Shown here: in pieces, positions 1-7,501 of the stretch
Layout: each line of letters opens with the position of its first letter
Position numbering within the stretch: position 1 is the stretch's first letter
Assembly: GCA_049973735.1 (NCBI GenBank)
Contig: JBMFJL010000004.1
Span: 1-23,874 of the forward strand
Direction of reading: 5' to 3'
DNA from: Nanopusillaceae archaeon
GTDB lineage: Archaea; Nanobdellota; Nanobdellia; Nanobdellales; Nanobdellaceae
Length of the DNA stretch: 23,874 nucleotides
The notes under the pieces: generated by a model
Database searches by the model: none
What the model was told of the DNA's origin: nothing
What the model saw: only the letters and a program-made list of their open reading frames with translations
Position numbers and translations under genes: made by a program

Positions 1-693
1 GATGAAGTTCATGAATTATTAAATGAAAAAAGAGGGATACAATTATCTTTGGGATTAGAAAGATTAGTAAATTATGCAGGAGAATTTCAAAGAATTGGAT
101 TATCTGCAACTATAGGAGATTTAGAGGAAGCAGGTAAATTTTTGTTCGGATATAGAGAATTTGATATTGCATACTGGTATGCAGAGAAAAAATACCATAT
201 AGAAATATTTTATCCTCAAATAACAAATGAGGATTTAGAACTAGCAAAGAAATTTAATTGGAATCCAAAAGTTGCATGGAGTTTGAGAAAGATGAAAGAA
301 CTAATGGATAAACACAAATCTGTAATAATTTTTGTAAACACAAGAGAAATGGCAGAATTATTAGTCTCAAGATTTAAAATGTGGATTCCAGATTATCCAA
401 TAGAAATACATCATAGTTCTTTGTCAAAAGAAGTAAGGGAAAGAAATGAAAGATTATTCAAGGAAGGAAAGTTAAAGGCAATTGTTGCAACATCTTCATT
501 AGAATTAGGAATTGATATCGGATATGTAGATGCAATAATTCAATATAATTCTCCAAGACAGGTTATAAGATTTGTACAAAGAATCGGTAGAGCAGGACAT
601 AGATTACATGAGGTTTCAATTGGATATATTATAACATTGGATGCAGATGATTATGCAGAGAGTTTGGCAATAAAAAAATTTATAGAGAAGTAA
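1..693 (+). CDS. lhr: Lhr-type (large helicase-related) SF2 DEAD/DEAH helicase, RecA-core portion only. The 5' end lies outside the window and the ORF stops about 35 aa after motif VI.
   Basis: Frame 1 is open from nt 1. Motif II plus Lhr signature: DEVHELLNEKRGIQLSLGLERL. Motif III: LSATIG. Motifs IV-V: IIFVNTREMAE, HHSSLSKEVRERNERLFKEGKLKAIVATSSLELGIDIG. Motif VI: QRIGRAGHR. Stop at 691-693. Confidence 0.85.
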   Translation, partial: DEVHELLNEKRGIQLSLGLERLVNYAGEFQRIGLSATIGDLEEAGKFLFGYREFDIAYWYAEKKYHIEIFYPQITNEDLELAKKFNWNPKVAWSLRKMKELMDKHKSVIIFVNTREMAELLVSRFKMWIPDYPIEIHHSSLSKEVRERNERLFKEGKLKAIVATSSLELGIDIGYVDAIIQYNSPRQVIRFVQRIGRAGHRLHEVSIGYIITLDADDYAESLAIKKFIEK

Positions 694-766
694 ATATTAT
701 TAGAAATTAAAATAATTAGATGTTTTTAATATTAGAAAAATAAAAAAGGTTGTAATAAAAAAGAAT

Positions 767-1885
767 TTATATAGTTATATGATTTAATGTATTATGTTTA
801 TGTGCATATATTTGGTTGTGCTGACTAATAATATTGTTTATATCCTTAATATATGAATTGTAATCTCCTATAATATTTTTTACATCTCTTATAGCTGCAA
901 AAGCTTCATTCAAATTTCTTAAAGTTTCTTTATCAAGTGCACCTCTAGCATGATGCAAGAAGTTATTGGTAATTCTTTCTAAGTTTTTTATAGATTGAGC
1001 AGTTTCTTCTAGATTTTTATGATTGTTCATCAAGTTATTAATTTCATCTTCTTGTAATATTCGTGTTTTACCAGTTGCAACTAGATTTTTAGTATTATTC
1101 AAAATCCATTCAGACTCTGATCGATATGCCTGAGCTAGGGATTTGATTCCTTCGGACAAACTTCTAGCATCATCTCCAGCCAAAAGTCTTTTAATTTGAT
1201 TAATTCTTCCTATACCCAACAATCTTTTTAATCTGTCCATTTCCTTTTTTGCTATAGCTTTTTTAAGTTGCTTTCTAAGATGTTTTATTTCTTGCTCAAT
1301 ATATTCGTTCTTTTGTTGTAAATATCCAGCTTTTTCTTTCATTGCCTCTGCTTCTGCTCTATATCTTTCTGTAGCAAATTTGGCAGCATGTGCTTTATGT
1401 TTGTGATAGTATGCTTTACCTCTATGATATGCAGCTGTAAATAGGGCAAATAAAACTAGACCTCCTAAGACAATAATACCAACCAATCCTATAAGTCCAA
1501 ATATTACAATTGCAAATGGAGCCATAAAGTAAGCAGACATTAAGGCTAAAATAATGGTTACTAAAATGGATGCTCTTCTGATAGTTTCATCAGATCCTCC
1601 TCCAATCTTATCGATAAGAGGTTTTAGAAATATATAATATATTGCGAAGAAAAACAATACAGTTAAACTGAATAGTATTAAACCACCACCAACTCCAGGA
1701 ATGTTTAATGATTCTGCTGTTGTATGATATACTGAAGGTATGGCAGCATTTAACAAACTTATGGTATATTCAAGTCCTTTCTTAAGCGAATTGGTCAATT
1801 GTTCTATAATGTCGCCATTCTGGGAAAATACGCTATTGAACAATAAGGTGACTATCAATAGATACTTTAATTTTTTGATTTCCAT
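767..1885 (-). CDS. Hypothetical membrane protein: N-terminal signal peptide, about 4 TM helices, long C-terminal coiled-coil/His-Lys-rich domain
   Basis: 372-aa ORF. The N-terminus MEIKKLKYLLIVTLLFNSVFSQ looks like a signal peptide. Hydrophobic segments span aa ~65-160. The remainder is heptad-like and K/E/R/L-rich (ERYRAEAEAMKEKAGYLQQKNEYIEQEIKHLRKQLKKAIAKKEMDRLKRLL). I recognise no family. Confidence 0.6.
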   Translation of the reverse strand: MEIKKLKYLLIVTLLFNSVFSQNGDIIEQLTNSLKKGLEYTISLLNAAIPSVYHTTAESLNIPGVGGGLILFSLTVLFFFAIYYIFLKPLIDKIGGGSDETIRRASILVTIILALMSAYFMAPFAIVIFGLIGLVGIIVLGGLVLFALFTAAYHRGKAYYHKHKAHAAKFATERYRAEAEAMKEKAGYLQQKNEYIEQEIKHLRKQLKKAIAKKEMDRLKRLLGIGRINQIKRLLAGDDARSLSEGIKSLAQAYRSESEWILNNTKNLVATGKTRILQEDEINNLMNNHKNLEETAQSIKNLERITNNFLHHARGALDKETLRNLNEAFAAIRDVKNIIGDYNSYIKDINNIISQHNQIYAHKHNTLNHITI

Positions 1886-1921
1886 AAAAAGTTTAGATAT
1901 TTTTGTTATTTATAAGTTTTA

Positions 1922-2674
1922 TTACTGAAGGTTGGTAATCTTAAAATAATTCAATATCTCTCTTTTCATTATGTTTTTGATTTCTGTAGATTTATCTAAT
2001 GCTAATTTTAATGCCTCTCTCAGTTCACTAGTCTTTATTTCTCCATCTAACTGAATAGAAGTAAATTTTTTTTCAGAAGGGATGATAGCAACGGGTATAT
2101 CTGTTGCCCTACCCTCCCCATAATAATTTATATATTTACTTTTTTCAGGATCATTTTTTAATTTTTCAGAATCATAATCTTCTTCAAATTTGTTTAAATC
2201 TACTACAATTCTTTCTCCAACTTTTCCAACTGCAACAGCTACTACTAGATCTTTCATTGGAATTCCCGCCAATGCTAATGCCAATGATGTAGCATTTATA
2301 CTTGCAGTTCTTGTTCCCGCATCAGCATTTAATATTTCTATATATACATCTATGATACTTCCTGGTAATTCTTCTAAAAATAAGGCAGGCTCTAATGCTC
2401 TTTTTATTACTCTAGATAGTTCTATTTCTCTCCTACCGGGTGCTGGCTTTTTTCTTTCTGGTACAGAAAATGTTAGCATATTATATCTTACCCTTAAGAA
2501 TGCTTTATCATAATCAATCGACATTTTTGATGGTTTTGGTCCATATACTGCTGCTAGAGCTACTGTATCACCAAAAGAAAATATTGCAGAACCTTTGGAA
2601 TTTTCTAGTGGATTTAGTTTAATATTTATTTTTCTTAGTTCGTTATATTCTCTTCCATCAAATCTTTTCATCAT
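1922..2674 (-). CDS. rrp41: Exosome complex exonuclease Rrp41 (RNase PH domain)
   Basis: FDGREYNELRKINIKLNPLENSKGSAIFSFGDTVALAAVYGPKP, LRVRYNMLTFSVPERKKPAPGRREIELSRVIKRALEP and IDVYIEILNADAGTRTASINATSLALALAGIPMKDL track Sulfolobus Rrp41 almost position by position. It lies directly downstream of rrp4 with a 1-nt gap. Confidence 0.92.
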   Translation of the reverse strand: MMKRFDGREYNELRKINIKLNPLENSKGSAIFSFGDTVALAAVYGPKPSKMSIDYDKAFLRVRYNMLTFSVPERKKPAPGRREIELSRVIKRALEPALFLEELPGSIIDVYIEILNADAGTRTASINATSLALALAGIPMKDLVVAVAVGKVGERIVVDLNKFEEDYDSEKLKNDPEKSKYINYYGEGRATDIPVAIIPSEKKFTSIQLDGEIKTSELREALKLALDKSTEIKNIMKREILNYFKITNLQ

Positions 2675-2675
2675 C

Positions 2676-3308
2676 TTAAAATAAATCTTTTTCTATAATT
2701 TCTTTAACCTTTTCGGTCAAGCCTTTTTTATAGGAGTTTTCTTCTATAAACTTTATTATCTTTATTGCTTTTAATATGTTTCTTTCATCACCATTTAAAT
2801 ACACTCTACCATTTTTTCCAACAATTATCTCTATTTTTAAACCTTCTTTTATTAAATTGATCATCGAATTGTTTTTTCCGATTATTCTGGGTAATTTAAC
2901 CGGGTCCACATTTATTATCAATCCATCATTCAATTTTTTCTTTTTTTTTACAGCCAAATTTATTATCTTATTTTTAGTTACTTTTATTATTTGTACTAGA
3001 ATAAAATCTCCATAAGTAAATATGTCGTTTGGATCTATAATTTCTTCTTGTCCCAATAATTTTAATGCTAAAAATCCTAAATATGGCGAGTTTATATCTA
3101 CGAACCACCCGTTTGGGAGAACATCAATGACTCTTCCTATTACAATATCATTTAGTTGTGGTATATAAAATCCTGATAACCTAGTAATTTTCATTTTACC
3201 CACTTTATTTTCTAATAATCCAATGTACTTTGAATAATAATTATTGTCTTTTTCATAAGAATTTTCAACTTTTTTATTACCAACAGGATCACCAGGTATT
3301 ACTATCAT
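2676..3308 (-). CDS. rrp4: Exosome RNA-binding subunit Rrp4 (N-terminal domain + S1 + KH)
   Basis: IVIPGDPVG N-terminal motif. S1-like YIPQLNDIVIGRVIDVLPNGWFVDINSPYLGFL. KH-like PVKLPRIIGKNNSMINLIKEGLKIEIIVGKNGRVYL. Conserved rrp4-rrp41 order. Confidence 0.9.
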   Translation of the reverse strand: MIVIPGDPVGNKKVENSYEKDNNYYSKYIGLLENKVGKMKITRLSGFYIPQLNDIVIGRVIDVLPNGWFVDINSPYLGFLALKLLGQEEIIDPNDIFTYGDFILVQIIKVTKNKIINLAVKKKKKLNDGLIINVDPVKLPRIIGKNNSMINLIKEGLKIEIIVGKNGRVYLNGDERNILKAIKIIKFIEENSYKKGLTEKVKEIIEKDLF

Positions 3309-4411
3309 TAGAGATATTGTATAACATCATTTTTAAAGATGTTTTCCAGGTAATATTCTCTCTCATTTTTATGCTTTATCTTTTCTATTTCATTTTCTAG
3401 TATATTAAATAAATTGTTTACAGTTGAGTAAAATTCATACCCGGATTCTTCTGCATATAATTTTGTTTTTTCTGAAATTAATCTTGCCTTCATCACATAA
3501 TATATTTTTCTCTCTCTTATATTTTCATTTACCTTTTTTACATGAATTATTAATCTAGCTTCTCCAATTACATTTTTATATTTTCTATAAAAAGATTCAT
3601 ATTTATTTTTAATGTATTTTTGATCTATTTCGTCTAAAGGAATTCCAAATACAGTTATATTAATTTCTTCTTCTTTTTTAAGCTGTAAGTAATGTATCAG
3701 TATATCTTTAGCTGTTATTATTGTTACTGGTTTTCCGTTATCTAAAACAGGTACAGAAAATATTCTGTTTCTTATCAGCAAATCAATTACTTTTTCTATA
3801 CTATCATTTTTATTTGCAAATATCAATTGTCTATTTATTATAGATCTTACTTCTACTTCTAAATCAGTTAATTCTGGAGTTCTTAATTTTTCATTATCTT
3901 TTATCAATAAATATCTTAAGATATCTGAAAGAGAAAGTATTCCTATCGCTTCTCCTTTTTCATTTACAACAATCAATCTAGAAACACCCTTATGTTTCAT
4001 AATGCCAATTGCCTTATCTATTGTATCTTTTTCATCTATGGTGTAAACATTTCCACTGAAATCTTCAATTTTAATTTTTTCTAAAATTTTTTTATCATTT
4101 ATTATGGTTTTTAATATATCAAAAATGCTGTAAACAACAATTTTACCATCTTCTTCCACTATAATTGATCTTAAATTAGAATTTATCATCTTTTCAATTA
4201 TTTCAACTATATCCTTTGTTTTTAGAGGTTTTATTTTTATCATTATTTTTTCTATATTGGTTTCTGGTTTGTTTAAATATCTTAAAGCCTTTTCATTTGA
4301 AACCAACCCAATATATTTGCCCTTATTATTTGTTATAACAATATCTTCGCCCTTTGCAATATAATTTACTATATCTTTTATTTTTTTGTCATTTGTAACA
4401 AATACTGCCAT
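3308..4411 (-). CDS. Four-CBS-domain (two Bateman modules) protein with a C-terminal HPF/RaiA-like domain
   Basis: Four CBS repeats (e.g. VYTIDEKDTIDKAIGIMKHKGVSRLIVVNEKGEAIGILSLSDILRYLL; LIFANKNDSIEKVIDLLIRNRIFSVPVLDNGKPVTIITAKDILIHYL). The C-terminal ~100 aa (INITVFGIPLDEIDQKYIKNKYESFYRKY...ARLIIHVKK...YYVMKARLISEKTKLYAEESGYEFYSTVNNLFNILENEIEKIKHK) resemble HPF/YfiA. The stop overlaps the rrp4 ATG (TAATG at 3306-3310). Confidence 0.8.
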   Translation of the reverse strand: MAVFVTNDKKIKDIVNYIAKGEDIVITNNKGKYIGLVSNEKALRYLNKPETNIEKIMIKIKPLKTKDIVEIIEKMINSNLRSIIVEEDGKIVVYSIFDILKTIINDKKILEKIKIEDFSGNVYTIDEKDTIDKAIGIMKHKGVSRLIVVNEKGEAIGILSLSDILRYLLIKDNEKLRTPELTDLEVEVRSIINRQLIFANKNDSIEKVIDLLIRNRIFSVPVLDNGKPVTIITAKDILIHYLQLKKEEEINITVFGIPLDEIDQKYIKNKYESFYRKYKNVIGEARLIIHVKKVNENIRERKIYYVMKARLISEKTKLYAEESGYEFYSTVNNLFNILENEIEKIKHKNEREYYLENIFKNDVIQYL

Positions 4412-4439
4412 AAAAATATATTAATAAAAATTATTTATA

Positions 4440-5093
4440 TTATTTCTTTTTACCAGCAGATTCGTACAGATCATATACTGCCTCACCCGGTGCCAATATA
4501 ATATATTTGTATTTTTTCTTTGGTTTTTTAGGTTGAGGTGGTTTAGTTACCCAGGCTACAACTGCTATTAGCAATCCTATTACTATAATAAGTGGTAGTA
4601 AACCAGTATTAATCAAGAAATCTAATATTGTCAATAATGCGCCAGCAGCAGTTTGTCCAAATTCATCAAATGAAACTGAAGAGGCATACATAAATGCAAA
4701 TAAAACTAATAAACCTAAAATTCCCGTAATTGCATTATTTGCATATCCTTTGTATCTATTGAATGCTTCATCTTTTGGATCATAAGGTCTTGATACCAGT
4801 GATAGTAGTCCTATTACCATTAATATAAAAAATAATACTAGGAATTCAAAGAAGAAGAATGATATAAAGTTTTCTGTAAATATTACAGCTTGTAAATTAT
4901 ATATATAATAAGCGGCTAGAGCAAATGATACTACAGCATATAGTTTTTCTCTTGCAGGATTATCTCTACCAAAGATTCCGGTTTTTCTTAGTAATCCATA
5001 CATTAATGAAAATATTAATAAAAATGGGGCTATAATCGAAAATACACCATATTCAGAAAATGCAGCATATAGGAAAGATGTTATATCCATCAT
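4440..5093 (-). CDS. Multi-pass membrane protein, paralogue 3 of a tandem triplet (unknown family)
   Basis: 217 aa. N-terminal motif EYGVFSIIAPFLLIFSLMYGLL. C-terminal TM ending VVAWVTKPPQPKKP, then a lysine-rich tail. The start overlaps the stop of the upstream paralogue. Confidence 0.75.
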   Translation of the reverse strand: MMDITSFLYAAFSEYGVFSIIAPFLLIFSLMYGLLRKTGIFGRDNPAREKLYAVVSFALAAYYIYNLQAVIFTENFISFFFFEFLVLFFILMVIGLLSLVSRPYDPKDEAFNRYKGYANNAITGILGLLVLFAFMYASSVSFDEFGQTAAGALLTILDFLINTGLLPLIIVIGLLIAVVAWVTKPPQPKKPKKKYKYIILAPGEAVYDLYESAGKKK

Positions 5094-5632
5094 CTAGATC
5101 TTGAGTGATCTCCACCGCTTTGGCCAGGAGATGTTACCCAATATACTATTAAGAATAGTAGCAAGAATATTATTAACAGTGTTAATAAGCCAGATTGGAT
5201 TAGAAAATCTATAATATATCCAAATAATCCTACGAATCCAAAGTTAACATTTGCTTCATTCATTGCATTTACTGCTAGCCAAATCATTATTCCTACAACA
5301 ATCAATCCAAGTATTGCCCTTGCAGGTCCTGGTACATGTCTTCCAAATGCTGCTATAATTACTGCTAATAGGAAAAAGGCTAAAACTGCAAAAGAAGCAT
5401 TTGGAATAAATTTCAATAACCATATGACTAAATTGATGTTTGCCATAGATAGTAAGGCAAAAGAAAATGAAAATAGTATACTTAATTTCCTTCCAACAGG
5501 ATCATTTGGGGAAACTTTCAATAATCCTGAAAGTTCTAATATCATATAAACTAAAGAAAATATTAACAAAAATGGTAATATAAAGTCGAAAAATCCGTAT
5601 TGGCTTAATAATGTTCTTATATCTAATGCCAT
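5090..5632 (-). CDS. Multi-pass membrane protein, paralogue 2 of a tandem triplet (unknown family)
   Basis: 180 aa. QYGFFDFILPFLLIFSLVYMIL at the N-terminus and LIVYWVTSPGQ at the C-terminus. Ends in RSR-stop like paralogue 1. Confidence 0.75.
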   Translation of the reverse strand: MALDIRTLLSQYGFFDFILPFLLIFSLVYMILELSGLLKVSPNDPVGRKLSILFSFSFALLSMANINLVIWLLKFIPNASFAVLAFFLLAVIIAAFGRHVPGPARAILGLIVVGIMIWLAVNAMNEANVNFGFVGLFGYIIDFLIQSGLLTLLIIFLLLFLIVYWVTSPGQSGGDHSRSR

Positions 5633-6207
5633 TATCTAGATCTATTGTCTGGAGATTGAACCTTTGGGGCCTTTGTAACCCAAACAACAAATCCAAATAG
5701 TATTCCTAATATTATCAATGTTTCTATTAGATTTATTAAAAATTCGTTCTGTGCCAATTGACTAAACACTTCTTGCAATGATAATAAATAATTAAATATT
5801 CCGAGTGTAAATAAAACTACAATTGTAAAAATAATGGAAACTAGAGCTATGAATATTCTTTTTTGTGTAGGTCCTAACTTTACTTCACCACCTTCAGATA
5901 TAAATGGCGCTATTGCTAGTAATAAAAAGAATACTGTTAGTATGAATAAAACTATGTATGGTAATAAATTTTTTATGGCAAGGACTATGTTCACAGCACC
6001 AACAACTAAAAACCCTACAGATGCAGAGATCATGGATATTAAACTTCTGGCAACTTTTCCTTCTCTATCATCGCTGAAAGGATTTCCCAATAATTTATAT
6101 TTGGACAATAATCCGTACATGACAGCATACACGAGTAAGAAAGGAATAATCATATTGAAGAATCCAATGTTTTCTAATAATGAAAGTACGCCATTATATA
6201 ATGCCAT
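5632..6207 (-). CDS. Multi-pass membrane protein, paralogue 1 of a tandem triplet (unknown family)
   Basis: 191 aa. NIGFFNMIIPFLLVYAVMYGLL at the N-terminus and FGFVVWVTKAPKVQSP at the C-terminus. Ends in RSR-stop, which overlaps the next ATG (TAATG). Confidence 0.75.
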   Translation of the reverse strand: MALYNGVLSLLENIGFFNMIIPFLLVYAVMYGLLSKYKLLGNPFSDDREGKVARSLISMISASVGFLVVGAVNIVLAIKNLLPYIVLFILTVFFLLLAIAPFISEGGEVKLGPTQKRIFIALVSIIFTIVVLFTLGIFNYLLSLQEVFSQLAQNEFLINLIETLIILGILFGFVVWVTKAPKVQSPDNRSR

Positions 6208-6242
6208 ACATAATTAAAGGACATCATAATTTATTAACTTTG

Positions 6243-6482
6243 CTATTGTTCAGTTATATTTATATAGAATATAGCTTTGACGGGGCAGGCATTGGCTGCT
6301 TTTATTAAATCTTCTATTTCTTCCCTCTTAGTAATTGTTTTCTTTTTTAATACTATTTTACCATTTTTAACCCCAAATATATTTTTATTTATTAAATAGC
6401 ATGCAAAACAATTGATACACTTCTTCTGATCTATATCTACATAATATTTCACTCTTCTACGTTTATTGAATGTGTTGGGCAA
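6243..6482 (-). CDS. fdx: Small mono-cluster [4Fe-4S] ferredoxin. The true start is probably the GTG at 6452, which gives a 4-nt GTGA overlap with the upstream stop.
   Basis: CINCFAC (CxxCxxC) plus distal ACP cysteine: YVDIDQKKCINCFACYLINKNIF...AANACPVKAI. The ATG at 6482 would overlap the upstream ferredoxin by 34 nt. GTG 6452-6450 overlaps its TGA. Confidence 0.75.
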   Translation of the reverse strand: MPNTFNKRRRVKYYVDIDQKKCINCFACYLINKNIFGVKNGKIVLKKKTITKREEIEDLIKAANACPVKAIFYINITEQ

Positions 6483-6646
6483 GCAATAGCAGCATCTTTA
6501 GCTTTTTGTATTAAATTAGGATCATTAGTTTCTGATACTTTTGCTTTAGATTTTCCATCCGAATCCCAATCAAATATTTCTGGTGCAAGGACCATGCATG
6601 TTCCACATGCTATACAAGTATCTTTATTTACCCAGATTTTTACCAT
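6449..6646 (-). CDS. fdx: Small mono-cluster [4Fe-4S] ferredoxin (Pyrococcus/Thermococcus Fd type)
   Basis: MVKIWVNKDTCIACGTCMVLAPEIFDWDSDGKSKAKV...AKDAAIACPTHSINVEE. It has CxxCxxC plus CP and the overall pattern of the 65-67 aa archaeal ferredoxins. Confidence 0.88.
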   Translation of the reverse strand: MVKIWVNKDTCIACGTCMVLAPEIFDWDSDGKSKAKVSETNDPNLIQKAKDAAIACPTHSINVEE

Positions 6647-7131
6647 TTTTTGATTATACTTTCTAGATCTTTATAAACTTTAGTAAAGTTTTCCCTAGTT
6701 AAATAAATATAATTGTTTTTTATAATATGAATATAACTTAAATTAACTGTTGCAATTAGGTTTATTTTCTTATCTTCAATTAGTATATCAACCAATTTTT
6801 TAAAATCATCAGAAAAAAATTCCATTTTTCCAATTTCATCAATTAGAATTATTTTATTTATCATAAGATTATTTAATATTTTTTTGGATACATTATCAAT
6901 GTTCTCTTTTATAACATAGTAATTTTTTATTCTATATTCTGTTTTAATATTTTTTGAAGCAAGTAATAATTCCTCGCCCCAAGTAGTAATTATTTTAAAT
7001 CCTATTCTCTCCTTATTTTCTCTAATCTCTTCAGTATAGAATCCGAAAAACTTGTCTGGATAGTTTTGGTATAATTTTTTTATTAGTGTAGTTTTTCCTA
7101 TACCCGGTTTGCCTGTTATAAATATTTTCAT
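6640..7131 (-). CDS. Nucleoside-triphosphatase THEP1 family (P-loop NTPase)
   Basis: MKIFITGKPGIGKTTLIKKL (Walker A), GFYTEEIRENKERIGFKI, ILIDEIGKMEF (Walker B, THEP1 signature). About 160 aa, typical for the family. Confidence 0.85.
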   Translation of the reverse strand: MKIFITGKPGIGKTTLIKKLYQNYPDKFFGFYTEEIRENKERIGFKIITTWGEELLLASKNIKTEYRIKNYYVIKENIDNVSKKILNNLMINKIILIDEIGKMEFFSDDFKKLVDILIEDKKINLIATVNLSYIHIIKNNYIYLTRENFTKVYKDLESIIKKW

Positions 7132-7466
7132 TTTATAAATCTGTTTTTATTTTTTTCTAATTTTTTTAAATATTCTTTTTCTAGGTCAATATCCAATAAT
7201 AGACATAATAATATAATGTATATAAATATATCTGCAAGTTCTTCTCCAATTTTTTCTTTATCAATTTCAATCTTTTCATTTTTAAAAAATTTAGACCTAT
7301 ATAACTTTTTGATCATGTTATTTAATTCTCCTACTTCTCCAGAAAGAGCTAAACCTAAATATAATAACTTATTATAGAAGTCTTTTTCATCTTTTATTTT
7401 CCAAAAATCTGGAAAAGCCTCCATTTGAAATTTATTTTGAATTTCAAATATCTCTTTCATATCCAT
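7128..7466 (-). CDS. MazG-like nucleotide pyrophosphohydrolase (all-alpha NTP-PPase)
   Basis: LALSGEVGELNNMIKKL and IGEELADIFIYIILL are the paired EXXE/EXXD helices of the MazG/dCTPase family. 112 aa. 4-nt overlap with the THEP1 start. Confidence 0.8.
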   Translation of the reverse strand: MDMKEIFEIQNKFQMEAFPDFWKIKDEKDFYNKLLYLGLALSGEVGELNNMIKKLYRSKFFKNEKIEIDKEKIGEELADIFIYIILLCLLLDIDLEKEYLKKLEKNKNRFIK

Positions 7467-7501
7467 ATATCTATATAAAAATTCTCATTTAAAAATAAAA
7501 T
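7467..7501. promoter_or_regulatory. 35-nt bidirectional promoter spacer between the MazG-like gene (-) and the Cas4-like gene (+)
   Basis: atatctatataaaaattctcatttaaaaataaaat holds two TATA-like elements (ctatataaaa, tttaaaaataaaa), each about 20-30 nt from a start codon. There is no room for 5' UTRs, so the transcripts are probably leaderless. Confidence 0.4.

Noticed and set aside
5092-5643. Identical decamer ATCTAGATCT (containing the TCTAGA and AGATCT palindromes) at both junctions of the membrane-gene triplet, considered as terminal inverted repeats or a recombination site of a mobile element
   Set aside because: Both copies are simply the conserved C-terminal R-S-R codons plus the stop of paralogous genes. 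No transposase, target-site duplication or further repeat structure accompanies them.
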